Below, piece after piece: positions 1 through 10,273 of a stretch of 64,000 nt of DNA. The DNA is from Bacillota bacterium. GTDB taxonomy: Bacteria; Bacillota; Clostridia; Acetivibrionales; DSM-1351. The translations under genes and the position numbers were made by a program. The notes under the pieces were generated by a model. It searched no databases. It had not been told where the DNA came from and saw only the letters and a program-made list of their open reading frames with translations. Location of the stretch: the NCBI GenBank assembly GCA_023426005.1, contig JAFABO010000221.1, forward strand, positions 5,721 to 69,720. The letters are read 5' to 3'. Positions within the stretch are counted from its first letter, which is position 1. The number at the start of each line of letters is the position of its first letter.

Positions 1-302
1 ATATATACATCAGCAGAAAAGGAGTCAATAAATATCTTATTTATCTGCTCGCCTGTAAGCCCCTCTTCATACCTGTCCAGGAAATTATACCTCCCTGACC
101 GCAAAAGGTCTATGACACCGCTTTCAAACAAGGTCATGGCACCGCCGACTCCGACAGTATCCCCGTCCTTCAGCAGTTCACAGACCTTTTCGGGTATCTG
201 GGCTTTTGTCTCAACATAGTGCACCTGCATATTGTTTTTCTCAAGATTTTTCATTGTCTTGCCTATTCTTTTGCCGATAATTGTCATGGCACTTATATCC
301 AT
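1..302 (-). CDS. LUD-domain (lactate utilisation LutC-like) protein, 3' end outside window
   Basis: Not in ORF track; manual translation from ATG 302 (GGAGAG SD upstream) gives MDISAMTIIGKRIGKTMKNLEKNNMQVHYVETK...VGVGGAMTLFESGVIDLLRSGRYNFLDRY...DSFSADVY, open to the window edge. Confidence 0.75.
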   Translation of the reverse strand, partial: MDISAMTIIGKRIGKTMKNLEKNNMQVHYVETKAQIPEKVCELLKDGDTVGVGGAMTLFESGVIDLLRSGRYNFLDRYEEGLTGEQINKIFIDSFSADVY

Positions 303-325
303 ATATTCCAACACTCTCCTTTACA

Positions 326-541
326 TTACTCTCCAATATATTCAAAACGCCTGAAGGTCAGACCGTCCCGTTGGACTATCTCATCCCACATGGAAGCAGG
401 GCGTACCCATACCCCCATTTCACCATAAAGAGCCTGATATACCACCATGTCCTCCAGTGTCTCACTATGCCTGGCTATGTAAAGCACTCTGTATTCGTTT
501 CCTTTAAAATGTCTGTATTTTCCCAGCCTTATCTGACTCAC
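326..541 (-). CDS. DUF1653 domain protein
   Basis: GKYRHFKGNEYRVL..ARHSET.EDMVVYQALYG..GVWVRP..MW motif. Confidence 0.85.
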   Translation of the reverse strand: MSQIRLGKYRHFKGNEYRVLYIARHSETLEDMVVYQALYGEMGVWVRPASMWDEIVQRDGLTFRRFEYIGE

Positions 542-993
542 TCCTGTCCTCCTTCCGGCCCCTGACTTACCAGAAGTCTCACCAGCGCTTTTTCAAACGC
601 CTCATTGTTTTCCCCGGTACGTTTCTTCATAGGCCGGGTTCTGCCTCCCGCCCTGCGGACCTTTTGTCCCAGATGCCTTTCAAAAAGCAGCCTGTCAATG
701 TTTTCGTCGGTATAGATCAGTCCGTTCTGATTTAATACTTTGGCGCCCTTTCCCAAACCCATTGCAGCCACACCGTAATCCTGCGTAACGACAATGTCTC
801 CGCGGTTCAACAGATTTATGAGCTTTATATCCACGCTGTCCCTTGCCTTGTCTACAGTAATCACCGTACTGTAGCCGTCAAAAAGCTCATGGCTTGTATC
901 AATGATCATGGTCACCGGAACCTTATATTTTTTTGCATTTCTCACTATTATATCTTTAACCGGACATGCGTCAGCATCAACAAGTATCTGCAT
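538..993 (-). CDS. YaiI/YqxD (DUF188) family protein
   Basis: MQILVDADACPVK start, DIVVTQDYGVA motif; 4-nt overlap with next gene. Confidence 0.9.
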   Translation of the reverse strand: MQILVDADACPVKDIIVRNAKKYKVPVTMIIDTSHELFDGYSTVITVDKARDSVDIKLINLLNRGDIVVTQDYGVAAMGLGKGAKVLNQNGLIYTDENIDRLLFERHLGQKVRRAGGRTRPMKKRTGENNEAFEKALVRLLVSQGPEGGQE

Positions 994-1088
994 AAATAGC
1001 CTCCAAACCCAAACATGCTGTAAAATATGGAATTGATAATATAAATACTCTTCATTATATGTAATAATGCCATTCTTTTTAATACAGC

Positions 1089-2015
1089 TTATTTGGAGAA
1101 GTATCTTTTAACCACCTGTTCCGCCGGTTTACCATATATCTCATAACCCCCGCTCCTGGCTGCTGCTTCCGGTGAGCCGGGATGGGACGGCCAGGACCAC
1201 AGACCATATCCGCCTACCCAGTCACGTTTGGAAGTTGCTTCAAACATTGCCTGATACCACTCTGCCTGAATCTGTGCGTTTACTTCACCGGAAAGACCCC
1301 AGTCATTGGGGACGAATTGTGAACCCACTACGGACATACATCCCGCTTCTGCAAAAAAGAAAGGCTTATTAAATTTTTTAACAACCCTTTCAATCCGGTC
1401 AAGCTGCTGTTCCCAATCATTAATCGGATAATAACCGCTTGATGATATAATATCCACACAGTCCCACCATTTAACATTGTGTTCCTGATACTTATCGGTA
1501 TTGTAAGAGACCTGTCCATGATATACTTCCCTGATATCGGCTATCAGCTTTCGCCATTCGCCTTCCCGCCGTTCAGTCATAACCATTTCACAGCCTGCGA
1601 TGAACATTTCACAATTTTCTGCTTCCGCAATATTTGCATAGTGTAATTGAAATGCCGTATATGCAGGGAACCACTTGCTCCACTTTGGTTCGCAGTGTAC
1701 GTCCTCATCAAAAAAGTTTATATGTGCACGCCATACACCATTTTCACAGTTTACAGTCGGTTTAACGGCAACTTTAAGTCCAAGCTCTTTAGCATAGCGA
1801 ATTATCCCGGCTAATTCCTCATCTGGCATGGTCCGGCCGGATGAAATGGATATTGTTTCAGAATACGGAGTTTGCTGTAAACCCGCAGGAACCAAAATGA
1901 CCCAGTTTACATTGGTGCGAGCTTTCATTTCTTTAAGGCTTTTAAAAGCTGCAGCATCTGACAGCCTTCCCTTTCCCTCAAACGGTGCAAAAGTAATCGC
2001 ATTAATTTTCTCCAT
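1089..2015 (-). CDS. Glycoside hydrolase family 113 (beta-mannanase/mannosidase type), no signal peptide
   Basis: VAVKPTVNC, WRAHINFFD, MFIAGCEM and FFFAEAGC motifs; start moved to ATG 2015 behind GGGG SD. Confidence 0.85.
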   Translation of the reverse strand: MEKINAITFAPFEGKGRLSDAAAFKSLKEMKARTNVNWVILVPAGLQQTPYSETISISSGRTMPDEELAGIIRYAKELGLKVAVKPTVNCENGVWRAHINFFDEDVHCEPKWSKWFPAYTAFQLHYANIAEAENCEMFIAGCEMVMTERREGEWRKLIADIREVYHGQVSYNTDKYQEHNVKWWDCVDIISSSGYYPINDWEQQLDRIERVVKKFNKPFFFAEAGCMSVVGSQFVPNDWGLSGEVNAQIQAEWYQAMFEATSKRDWVGGYGLWSWPSHPGSPEAAARSGGYEIYGKPAEQVVKRYFSK

Positions 2016-2059
2016 GTTACCCCCATATATTGCGAACAGCACATCCTTTAGTTCGCTGA

Positions 2060-2527
2060 TTAATAGCTTTCCAGCAGCTCAATTAAGCATTTGTACTCGG
2101 TACTGCCGTCAAGGTAAGCATACTGACCGCTGGCATCGCCGTACTGTCCCCGCTGAACCAAAGTCATTCCGGCTGCTTCACAGTCGGCAATAGCTGCATT
2201 CATATTGCTGCACTGAAATGCCACATGATGTATGCCTTCACCGTTTGAGTCGAGATATTCCCGCCAGACAGAGGGTGCATCATTGGGCTGAATCAGCTCC
2301 AGCTGCACTCCGCTGCTCAGGTTGAAAAACGCCATTGCGCATGCCGCCTCCAGAGCCGGTTGGCCTTTAAAAGCGGTCTTTGTAACTTCATAATCACCAC
2401 AGCCTATAGTTGGCGGTGTTTCACAGCCAAACAGCGCCGCAAATTTTCTTTTGCTCTCTTCAATATCTTTTACAATATAACCTACCTGGCAAAAGCGATT
2501 GCTTTGCAAAATGCTTTTATTCTCCAT
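2060..2527 (-). CDS. VOC/glyoxalase-family protein (methylmalonyl-CoA epimerase-like)
   Basis: QVGYIVKDIE, QLELIQP, GEGIHHVAF, IELLE. Confidence 0.85.
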   Translation of the reverse strand: MENKSILQSNRFCQVGYIVKDIEESKRKFAALFGCETPPTIGCGDYEVTKTAFKGQPALEAACAMAFFNLSSGVQLELIQPNDAPSVWREYLDSNGEGIHHVAFQCSNMNAAIADCEAAGMTLVQRGQYGDASGQYAYLDGSTEYKCLIELLESY

Positions 2528-2594
2528 TGATATTCTCCCCCAACTATTTTTTTGATTAATCCGGCATTGAATTAGTTCAGCTATCCCAGCCTTA

Positions 2595-3425
2595 TCACAG
2601 CAAACCTGCCCTGTCCATGCGGGCTTGTACGTACTTCAGGCTTGCAATGTATTCTTCATCCGTGCTCAGATGTTCAATAATCATTGGCATTTCAGTATCA
2701 ATCCTATTGGCACGCTCCACATAATACTCCAGATTGAGACTGCCTTCGCCACAGCCAACTTCCTTTAGTTGCAGTGTAAATTCACCGGCCAGCTTTACAT
2801 CTTTCAAATGGCAGCTCTTAATATATTTGCCCAACTTATCAAATATTTCATCAATAAACTTTTCATTCTGCAAATATTTTTGAGGACTGGTAATCCAGTT
2901 TGCCAGATCCATATGTACTGCAAAATTTTCACGTTCTACCTCTTTGAGGAGCCAGAGATATTGATCCGGATCAGCAGGCACCATCCACGGCATGGGCTCA
3001 ATGCAATAAAAAGTATGCCGTGGCTTTGCCCTGTCTATGATTTCTTGAATTGATGTTACTGTTTCAAGTAAAAATTCTTCAGAAAAATTTTCCTTGTATG
3101 CTCCATCCCACACCGCACCCGCAGCTCCGCATATGTTAACACAGCAATCAGCTCTTAGATAATCTGCAAGCTTAAGCTGGCTTACACAGTAATCAATATT
3201 CTTTTCTCTTTCCGCTTTATCGGCAGCAAGGGGGTTCACCCATGCGCCAACTTCAGCAATACGCAGATCGCGCTTCTTTGCTTCATCACGGTAGGAATCA
3301 ATTAAAGTAGAATCACTTTGGTGATTCAGCGGGAAAACAACTGCTCTGCAGCCCAGCTTTTCCATTTTATCGGCCCACTCCGCCGCACTGCTGTGAGCCA
3401 GAGCGGATGCAATACCTAATCTCAT
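2595..3425 (-). CDS. Sugar phosphate isomerase/epimerase family TIM-barrel (AP_endonuc_2)
   Basis: IEPMP, VHMDLAN, CHLKD, IIEH metal-ligand pattern. Confidence 0.85.
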   Translation of the reverse strand: MRLGIASALAHSSAAEWADKMEKLGCRAVVFPLNHQSDSTLIDSYRDEAKKRDLRIAEVGAWVNPLAADKAEREKNIDYCVSQLKLADYLRADCCVNICGAAGAVWDGAYKENFSEEFLLETVTSIQEIIDRAKPRHTFYCIEPMPWMVPADPDQYLWLLKEVERENFAVHMDLANWITSPQKYLQNEKFIDEIFDKLGKYIKSCHLKDVKLAGEFTLQLKEVGCGEGSLNLEYYVERANRIDTEMPMIIEHLSTDEEYIASLKYVQARMDRAGLL

Positions 3426-3448
3426 CAGAAATTCACCTCCAGAGTTTC

Positions 3449-4585
3449 TTATAGCGAAAGCAGTATCTTCTCGACACGTGCAAGTTCATCCCGGATTTTA
3501 AGATGCTGAGGGCATTTTTTTTCACAGGCCCCGCAGTCTATGCAGTCGGATATTGCTTTTCCGCCATCTTTTTTGTAGCCCGCAAATTGATTTTTTGCTG
3601 TTTCTGTTAAACCATAAACATTATGGTTGTTATAGAAATTAAATATGTCAGGAATTTTGATTTCAGACGGACAGGGCTGACAGTACTTGCACCCCGTACA
3701 GTATAATTCACTGAATTTTTTGAGCTGCTCCATAGCTTTCCCAAGCTGCTCCCATTCCATTTCGGAAAGCACAGCCGGATCACTTCCGATTTTAACATTT
3801 TTCCTGACCATATCCAGAGTCTCCATTCCGGATAATGCACAACTGAGATTGGGATTTCCCAATACAAATTTAAAAGCGAGCTCATATGTGGCAATTGCAG
3901 GTTTTCCGGTCAGCTTTGTATACAGATCAGTGGGCGCCGAAAGTCTTCCGCCTCCCACAGGTCCCATTGCAACAGTACCCATGCCTTTTGACGCTGCATA
4001 TGCCAGCATTTCTTCATTGCTGCGGTCAAGCAGATTGTACTGTACAAGCATTGTTTCCATTGGAATTCCCCGCTTAATCGAACCGTCGATTATGTGTTTT
4101 ATGCTCTGGGGTTCATCGTGGAAAGAGAAGGAGATATGGCGGATCAAGCCTTCCTCTTTGGCCCTTTGTGCTTCAAGCAGCAAATCATGATGCAGAATAA
4201 TGTCATCAAAAGAGCCTTTGTTAATACCCCAGAAATGGTAGCAATCAACATAATCGGTATCCATTTTCTTTAAGCTTGCCTCAAGGGTCTTTCGATAATC
4301 CGAAGGCTCTTTTACCACTTCCAGTGGTATCTTTGTTGAAAGCATAACCTTGTTACGGAATTTCTTTACTGCTTTACCCAGCGCTTCTTCACTGTTTTTA
4401 TTACAGTAATAAGGCGCGGTATCAAAGTAATTTACACCGTTTTCAAATGCATGGCTTATCATCTCGGATGCTTTATCCTGATCGATAAACCATTTTTCGT
4501 TTTTCTGGTATTCCGGCAGACGCATGCAGCCAAACCCCAGCGTAGATATCTTTTCCCCTGTTTTTCCAAAATCATTATAGTTCAT
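3449..4585 (-). CDS. Aldo/keto reductase with C-terminal 4Fe-4S dicluster domain
   Basis: LGFGCMRLP, NYFDTAPYY, CTGCKYCQPCP and CIDCGACEKKCPQ; start ATG 4585. Confidence 0.9.
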   Translation of the reverse strand: MNYNDFGKTGEKISTLGFGCMRLPEYQKNEKWFIDQDKASEMISHAFENGVNYFDTAPYYCNKNSEEALGKAVKKFRNKVMLSTKIPLEVVKEPSDYRKTLEASLKKMDTDYVDCYHFWGINKGSFDDIILHHDLLLEAQRAKEEGLIRHISFSFHDEPQSIKHIIDGSIKRGIPMETMLVQYNLLDRSNEEMLAYAASKGMGTVAMGPVGGGRLSAPTDLYTKLTGKPAIATYELAFKFVLGNPNLSCALSGMETLDMVRKNVKIGSDPAVLSEMEWEQLGKAMEQLKKFSELYCTGCKYCQPCPSEIKIPDIFNFYNNHNVYGLTETAKNQFAGYKKDGGKAISDCIDCGACEKKCPQHLKIRDELARVEKILLSL

Positions 4586-4724
4586 AATCAAATTCTCACT
4601 TTTCTGATAAATTATTATCTTATTATACCACTTGAACCCATTGATTTGTTCCAGAACTTTTAAGAACCGCACCTATAAAGCCGGTACCAACGACGCCAAT
4701 ACCTACTTTATTCACATTAACCTC

Positions 4725-7286
4725 CTAAGCCATTCTATGGCTTTGAGCCGCAATAGCGGCCGCTGAGGCCCGGGGTATTTCTTTGGTACCCTTCACCCGA
4801 ATTGTTTTGGGTTCATTCGGAAATAGCTTAACATAGTTATCCGAATAGTGTATGCGGTCATCCTCGCATACAAGGTATGCAAATGGTACGAATTTGTCCG
4901 AATGTATTGTAACCAGCAAATCATTACCGTCCTCAACAGCAGAGTCCATTCTTACTTCTGCCTCCGGGAGGAACAATTCCCGGTAGTACGCACGAACACT
5001 GCATGCAGTTTCGAATTCCGGATGGTCTGAACTGACATAGCAGAAACCACGTTTAAGATCACCGTCTGCTTTAAAGATAAATTGCTGCCAGGAGTGAGGC
5101 TCACAGGTAATGGTCTGCGTACCCACCCGGCGCTTATTGCCGCTAAAGTCTGAATACCCATATTCTATCTGGATTTCAGCACTTTCAGGTTTGTCATTTA
5201 TAATTGTAGCTGTCGCAGTGCCGTCCTCAGCCCGGAGAATAATCTTCCTGTGCGCAAATGCCCGTTTCAGGAAATAATACGATATCTTTCTGGTAAGGTA
5301 GTAGTCAATAACTGTCCAGCCTGTTTCAGGCCATGCATCATTATACATCCATATGAGATCACCCGATCCGCAGGATTTCCTCCTGATGCCTTCAGCCATC
5401 TCCAGATACAGGCAACCCTGCATAATACCGCTGTACAGCAGATATTCCTTCCAGTCCAGCTCAGAAAATTCTGTCAGATGATGCTGAATTGCACCATCAA
5501 TACTATTGCGTTTATAATCATCTTCTCCATGGTGCTTCCAGATTGGGTTTTCCTTTGATACCTCTTCCCCGGCAAAATATCTGCGTACGGTACTTTCCAT
5601 GTTTGCACCGAAGAAACCGTACTCGCTGCAGAAACGGGCATTAAACCGGTCAAAAGCTTCCAATTCATAGCTGAATTTAAATTTGGTGTTATCATCACGT
5701 CCAAAAAAGGTCCATGCGTGTACATCACCTTCTGTATTCTCATTGGAATGAACCCCGAAATAGGGTGATGACGGCATATAAAAAATTGACGGACAATTAG
5801 CCCTTACCGTTTCAGGAAGCATGTAGTTGTATATATATTCTCCGTACAATCTTTCCGGAGGTACGCCTTTGGGAAACCAGTCGGTATAGGACTCATGCAC
5901 CTCATTGTTTCCGGCCCAGAGTGCCATACACGGATAGTGGGCCAGACGCTTGCTCTGATACGTCGCTTCCAGCTGTGCCTCGTACATGAAAAGAGGATTA
6001 TCATCCGGATAAAACGCACACGCAAACATAAAGTCGTGAAACAGCAATATTCCGTTCTCAGAACATGACTCATAAAAGCAGTCGGCTTCATATAATCCTC
6101 CACCCCAGATTCGGAGCATATTGAAGTTTGCTTCTTTTGCTTCTAGAACCAGAGTTCTGTACTTTTCTTTTGTAACCCTCAGATAAACCGAATCGGCAGG
6201 CACCCAATTCCCGCCTTTACAGAACACTCTTACACCATTTACCCTGACAAAGAAATTGCGCGTTCCGTCTTCCAGTTTTGAACGGTCAATATCAATGGTA
6301 CGGATACCAATTTTCTTGTCTTTCATTTCATTTACATGACCATTACAGCGGCTTACCGCCCGGACAGTGTACTGGTTTGGATCTCCATAGCCGTTGGGCC
6401 ACCAGAGTTTTGGGTTATCTATTGTAACAGTCTGACGAAAGACATTTAGGCCTCCGGCTGCTGTTTCGGTCAGACTGCCCCGGGCGGCGGGCCTGTTGCC
6501 GTACAATACTTCATATTCCACTGTTACATCGGCAGAAGACTGCATCACCAGTTTTTCTACCTCGAAATAAAAATCAAGAGTTGCCGTATCATCATTAATG
6601 GAAGTAGTATCACATCGGAAATGGCTGATTTTTGCACCGGAGAAAGCTTCCAGATAAACTGAGCCACCTATGCCGCAGGTAGGCACCAGCTTACACCAAT
6701 CCCAACCGTATGTAAACTGGGGTTTACGCAAATGAATACGCTGAAAGCATTTAATAGAGGTGTCGGAGTATACCGACAGGCGGTCTACAGGGTAGTAGTC
6801 TTCAACTCCCGATGTCAGCCGGATAATTAATTGATTTACTCCCACCTTGAGATAGCGTTTAATATCTTTTTCAAACGGTCGGAATGTATTGTGGTGCTGT
6901 CCAATGGGAATATTATTCAAAATTAAGTCTGCATTATAATCAAGAAGTTCAATAAACAGACGAACCTGTTCCTCTTTTAAAATTTCTTCATCCACTTCAA
7001 ACTCGCGGATAAACCACCAGGACATGTTTTTAATCCAGGTACAGTCATCGCTGTTTTTCCTGAGCAACGGTTCCTGAAGAAGCCCATTTTCAACCAAAGG
7101 GGTAATAACATCACATGGTACGGTGGCCTTAAGGTAGCCGTGACGCACTGGAAAATTTCTTGGCCATACTGCCAGTTCCGGGAAACCCTCCTCCCGGTTA
7201 AGTACCTCCTGAAAACGTTCAGGCCCTACATCTAAAAACTCCGGGGCCAATTTCCACGTACCCGTAAGCGGGATTTTTTTTGCCAT
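4725..7286 (-). CDS. GH2 beta-mannosidase
   Basis: LRKPQFTYGWDW, FCKGGNWVPAD, NMLRIWGGG, WAGNNE, FCSEYGF, WMYNDAWP. Confidence 0.9.
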   Translation of the reverse strand: MAKKIPLTGTWKLAPEFLDVGPERFQEVLNREEGFPELAVWPRNFPVRHGYLKATVPCDVITPLVENGLLQEPLLRKNSDDCTWIKNMSWWFIREFEVDEEILKEEQVRLFIELLDYNADLILNNIPIGQHHNTFRPFEKDIKRYLKVGVNQLIIRLTSGVEDYYPVDRLSVYSDTSIKCFQRIHLRKPQFTYGWDWCKLVPTCGIGGSVYLEAFSGAKISHFRCDTTSINDDTATLDFYFEVEKLVMQSSADVTVEYEVLYGNRPAARGSLTETAAGGLNVFRQTVTIDNPKLWWPNGYGDPNQYTVRAVSRCNGHVNEMKDKKIGIRTIDIDRSKLEDGTRNFFVRVNGVRVFCKGGNWVPADSVYLRVTKEKYRTLVLEAKEANFNMLRIWGGGLYEADCFYESCSENGILLFHDFMFACAFYPDDNPLFMYEAQLEATYQSKRLAHYPCMALWAGNNEVHESYTDWFPKGVPPERLYGEYIYNYMLPETVRANCPSIFYMPSSPYFGVHSNENTEGDVHAWTFFGRDDNTKFKFSYELEAFDRFNARFCSEYGFFGANMESTVRRYFAGEEVSKENPIWKHHGEDDYKRNSIDGAIQHHLTEFSELDWKEYLLYSGIMQGCLYLEMAEGIRRKSCGSGDLIWMYNDAWPETGWTVIDYYLTRKISYYFLKRAFAHRKIILRAEDGTATATIINDKPESAEIQIEYGYSDFSGNKRRVGTQTITCEPHSWQQFIFKADGDLKRGFCYVSSDHPEFETACSVRAYYRELFLPEAEVRMDSAVEDGNDLLVTIHSDKFVPFAYLVCEDDRIHYSDNYVKLFPNEPKTIRVKGTKEIPRASAAAIAAQSHRMA

Positions 7287-7336
7287 AACCAGTTCACCCT
7301 TTTCGCAAAATAATCTTATATAAATACTAATAACTT

Positions 7337-7380
7337 AATTTCCGGGACATTTTGAGTACAATCCAAATGTCCCGGAAATT
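7337..7380 (-). other. Intra-operon stem-loop (perfect 16-bp inverted repeat)
   Basis: AATTTCCGGGACATTT (7337-7352) / AAATGTCCCGGAAATT (7365-7380). Confidence 0.75.
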
Positions 7381-7421
7381 TCGCAAAACCGGCCTTTATT
7401 CATCAAATTATGTATACTATC

Positions 7422-8276
7422 TTAACGGCTTGCTTGGGCTTGAAGCGAATTAGGATCGATGGTCATCAATTCGATTTTGTTGCCGTCGGGGTCATGTGTC
7501 CAGGCCTGATAGTTTAAGTCTTTACCCTGGCTGGGTTCCACATCGATAGGCACACCCTTTGCACGTAAATCTTCAACAGTCTTATATACATCCTCGCACT
7601 CGAAGCAGGTATGCATAAAACCCGCAGATTCATGTTTGATTTGTACACTTTCCACTCCGCCATAGAAGAGTTCTATATAAGTACCATCTTTTACACGGAG
7701 GTAAATCAGCCAGGGCTTACCCTGTTCATCATCCAGTTCATAAATTTTTGTAAAGCCTAACTTATTTACATAGAAATCCAGAGATTTTCCCATGTCTTGC
7801 ACTGTGTAAGCCATATGACCTATGCCGGTATAACCTTTTTCAGAATAATCGTATTTTGCTGCATTGGCTTTCATATGGGGTGAAGCCGGATTGTACTGAA
7901 CAAACTCTACTGCATTTCCATCAGGGTCATGAATCCAGATGTTACGATTCAAATCCTTTCCCTCACCCGGCTTTGGTTCGGAAATAATTCCTTTTCCATA
8001 AAGTCTTTCTGCCAAGGCCTGAATGTCACCAACTGAAATACAGTAGTGATGGTAGCCTATAACCCCGGATGCATATGCACGATCGCGGTCTTTTACTCCG
8101 TCGTGAAAGAGTTCTAAAAACGCATTGCTGCATATTTTAACATACACGATCCACGGTTTACCTTCATCATCTGATATTTCAAATACCTTCTTAAAGCCTA
8201 TCAAACCACAGTAAAATTCAAGTGCTTTTTCCATGTCGGTTACTTTTACTGCATTATGTGCAATTCCTGTAATCAT
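7422..8276 (-). CDS. Tandem two-domain VOC/glyoxalase protein
   Basis: Two repeats of GI.H.A..V.DM.K.L.FY...ELF...H....V/E...W.HDPDGN..E. Confidence 0.85.
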   Translation of the reverse strand: MITGIAHNAVKVTDMEKALEFYCGLIGFKKVFEISDDEGKPWIVYVKICSNAFLELFHDGVKDRDRAYASGVIGYHHYCISVGDIQALAERLYGKGIISEPKPGEGKDLNRNIWIHDPDGNAVEFVQYNPASPHMKANAAKYDYSEKGYTGIGHMAYTVQDMGKSLDFYVNKLGFTKIYELDDEQGKPWLIYLRVKDGTYIELFYGGVESVQIKHESAGFMHTCFECEDVYKTVEDLRAKGVPIDVEPSQGKDLNYQAWTHDPDGNKIELMTIDPNSLQAQASR

Positions 8277-8329
8277 ATCGTTTTCCGCCCTTTATCAGAT
8301 ATATTTGTTAATTTACAAAGACTTTTTTA

Positions 8330-9304
8330 TCACCAAACATGGTAAACGTTGTGTACCTCTTCTCCTGAAAGAATCTTTCCTGCGCGGGTAATGTTCCATT
8401 GAATATGGTCTTTTAAATCCTCGTCGCCCTGGAAGGATAGTCCAAATACACGTTCCATTTTGTTTGCATTATAATAGGCCGGGTTACGGTTTTCATTGGC
8501 ATTTGGAACAATAACCCTGCTTGAAGAACCAGTTAATTCAATTGCTGTCTGCGCAATTTCCGCCCATGTAATAAATTTCTTACCAAGAGCCATAAAAGTT
8601 TCTTTATTGAAATCGCTTTCTGCCAATTTCACATAGAGCTCTGCAATCTGTTTTCCTGAGAGGAACTGAGTGCCATCAAACTTATCAAAGGTGAGAGTCT
8701 CATTCTGAAGCACTGCTTTTGCAATGTTTAAGAAACGGACATCCGACTGAGATGCACCGCCTTCGTATGCGGGATTTGAAAAGATATAGCCCGGACGGAT
8801 TACATTTCTTAAAATTTTCGTTTTGGTTCCGTAATCGCCCTGACCACCATAATACTGATTAAAGCCCATTATATACATTTCGGTTGAGGCCTTGGTTGCA
8901 CCGTACAGATCACCGGGGAGCAATACGGCAGTCTCATCCATACCATCACGAAGTGAACCCATTGCCGCAGTAGAACTTGTATAAACAAATTTTTTAACAC
9001 CTGCTTTTTCTGCCGCATCCATTAAGAACAATGAAACCCTGGTATCATGCTCCAGCATTTCAACCGGATCATTTCCCCAGCCAAGAGCGATATGTACTAC
9101 CGCATCACAGCCATTGAGCGCTTTTTTCATCACATCCAGTTCAAGAATATTACCCTTTACAAGAGTTACGTTTTTGAGAGTTTTGTAAACTGGAATACGG
9201 TCTGGTGTACGAGTGAGCAATACAATTTCATGGCCTGCCGCAAGCAGTGCCTTGGTAACATTTTGCCCGATATTTCCCGTACCGCCGGTAACAAAGATTT
9301 TCAT
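8330..9304 (-). CDS. NAD-dependent epimerase/dehydratase (extended SDR)
   Basis: VTGGTGNIG, YTSSTAA, YGATK. Confidence 0.9.
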   Translation of the reverse strand: MKIFVTGGTGNIGQNVTKALLAAGHEIVLLTRTPDRIPVYKTLKNVTLVKGNILELDVMKKALNGCDAVVHIALGWGNDPVEMLEHDTRVSLFLMDAAEKAGVKKFVYTSSTAAMGSLRDGMDETAVLLPGDLYGATKASTEMYIMGFNQYYGGQGDYGTKTKILRNVIRPGYIFSNPAYEGGASQSDVRFLNIAKAVLQNETLTFDKFDGTQFLSGKQIAELYVKLAESDFNKETFMALGKKFITWAEIAQTAIELTGSSSRVIVPNANENRNPAYYNANKMERVFGLSFQGDEDLKDHIQWNITRAGKILSGEEVHNVYHVW

Positions 9305-9354
9305 GAGAACTCCTCCAATATTAGCTTTTTTAATTAAATTGTTTTTTTATAAAA

Positions 9355-10257
9355 TTAACCTTTAACACTACCCATTACCAAACCTGTAGTAAAGTAACGC
9401 TGCAGGAATGGATAAACAATGAGAATTGGTATGGTTGCAAGGAAAAGCTGTGCTGCGTTTGTTGTACGCGCATTGACCATACTTAACATAGTAGAAAGGC
9501 TGGACTTGGTATCGCTGATATTGCGGAAGAAGGTTTCCGGATCAATAACAACCGTTTGCAAATAGGTCTGCAGCGGGTACTTTTCTACACGGTCTATATA
9601 TATCAATCCATCAAACCAGCTGTTCCAATGCCCTACAAATGAGAATAAAGTAACTGTTGCCAATGTGGGAAGCGAAACAGGAATTATAATCTGAATCAGC
9701 GTCTGCAAATGATTCGCCCCGTCAATGAATGCCGCTTCCTCAAGTTCAGAGGGCAAACTCCGCATGTAGTTCATAACAACCAGCATATTGAATACCGATA
9801 GCGCTCCCGGAAGAATCAGAGCCCAAATACTGCCTATAAAACCGGTGTATCTGACCATCATATAAGACGGAATAAGACCTCCGGAAAAAAGAATAGTAAT
9901 CACAAAGTACCAGGAAAACACATTTCTTGCACGGAACTGCTTAGTCGACTTTGAGAGAGGATAAGCAGTCAGAATAATTAATGCAATATTAACCGGAACA
10001 CCTATAATAACGCGCTTGCAAGATATCCACAGCGATACAAAAAATTGGGAGCTGCTGGTGACAATAAAATCATACGCAGATGTAGTAAATTCTACAGGCC
10101 AGAAAGTAACCTGACCGGAAGTAACCGCCGACTTGCTGCTAAAAGAAATGGCCAGCAGATTTATAAACGGTAAAATACAGCACAGCGCAATAAAAATCAG
10201 AATCATATGATTGCAAACCAAAAAAACTTTTCGGGAGAGCGATGTTTTTACTTTCAT
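9355..10257 (-). CDS. Carbohydrate ABC transporter permease
   Basis: EEAAFIDGA EAA loop, multiple TM segments. Confidence 0.92.
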   Translation of the reverse strand: MKVKTSLSRKVFLVCNHMILIFIALCCILPFINLLAISFSSKSAVTSGQVTFWPVEFTTSAYDFIVTSSSQFFVSLWISCKRVIIGVPVNIALIILTAYPLSKSTKQFRARNVFSWYFVITILFSGGLIPSYMMVRYTGFIGSIWALILPGALSVFNMLVVMNYMRSLPSELEEAAFIDGANHLQTLIQIIIPVSLPTLATVTLFSFVGHWNSWFDGLIYIDRVEKYPLQTYLQTVVIDPETFFRNISDTKSSLSTMLSMVNARTTNAAQLFLATIPILIVYPFLQRYFTTGLVMGSVKG

Positions 10258-10273
10258 TAGAATTTACCTCCTC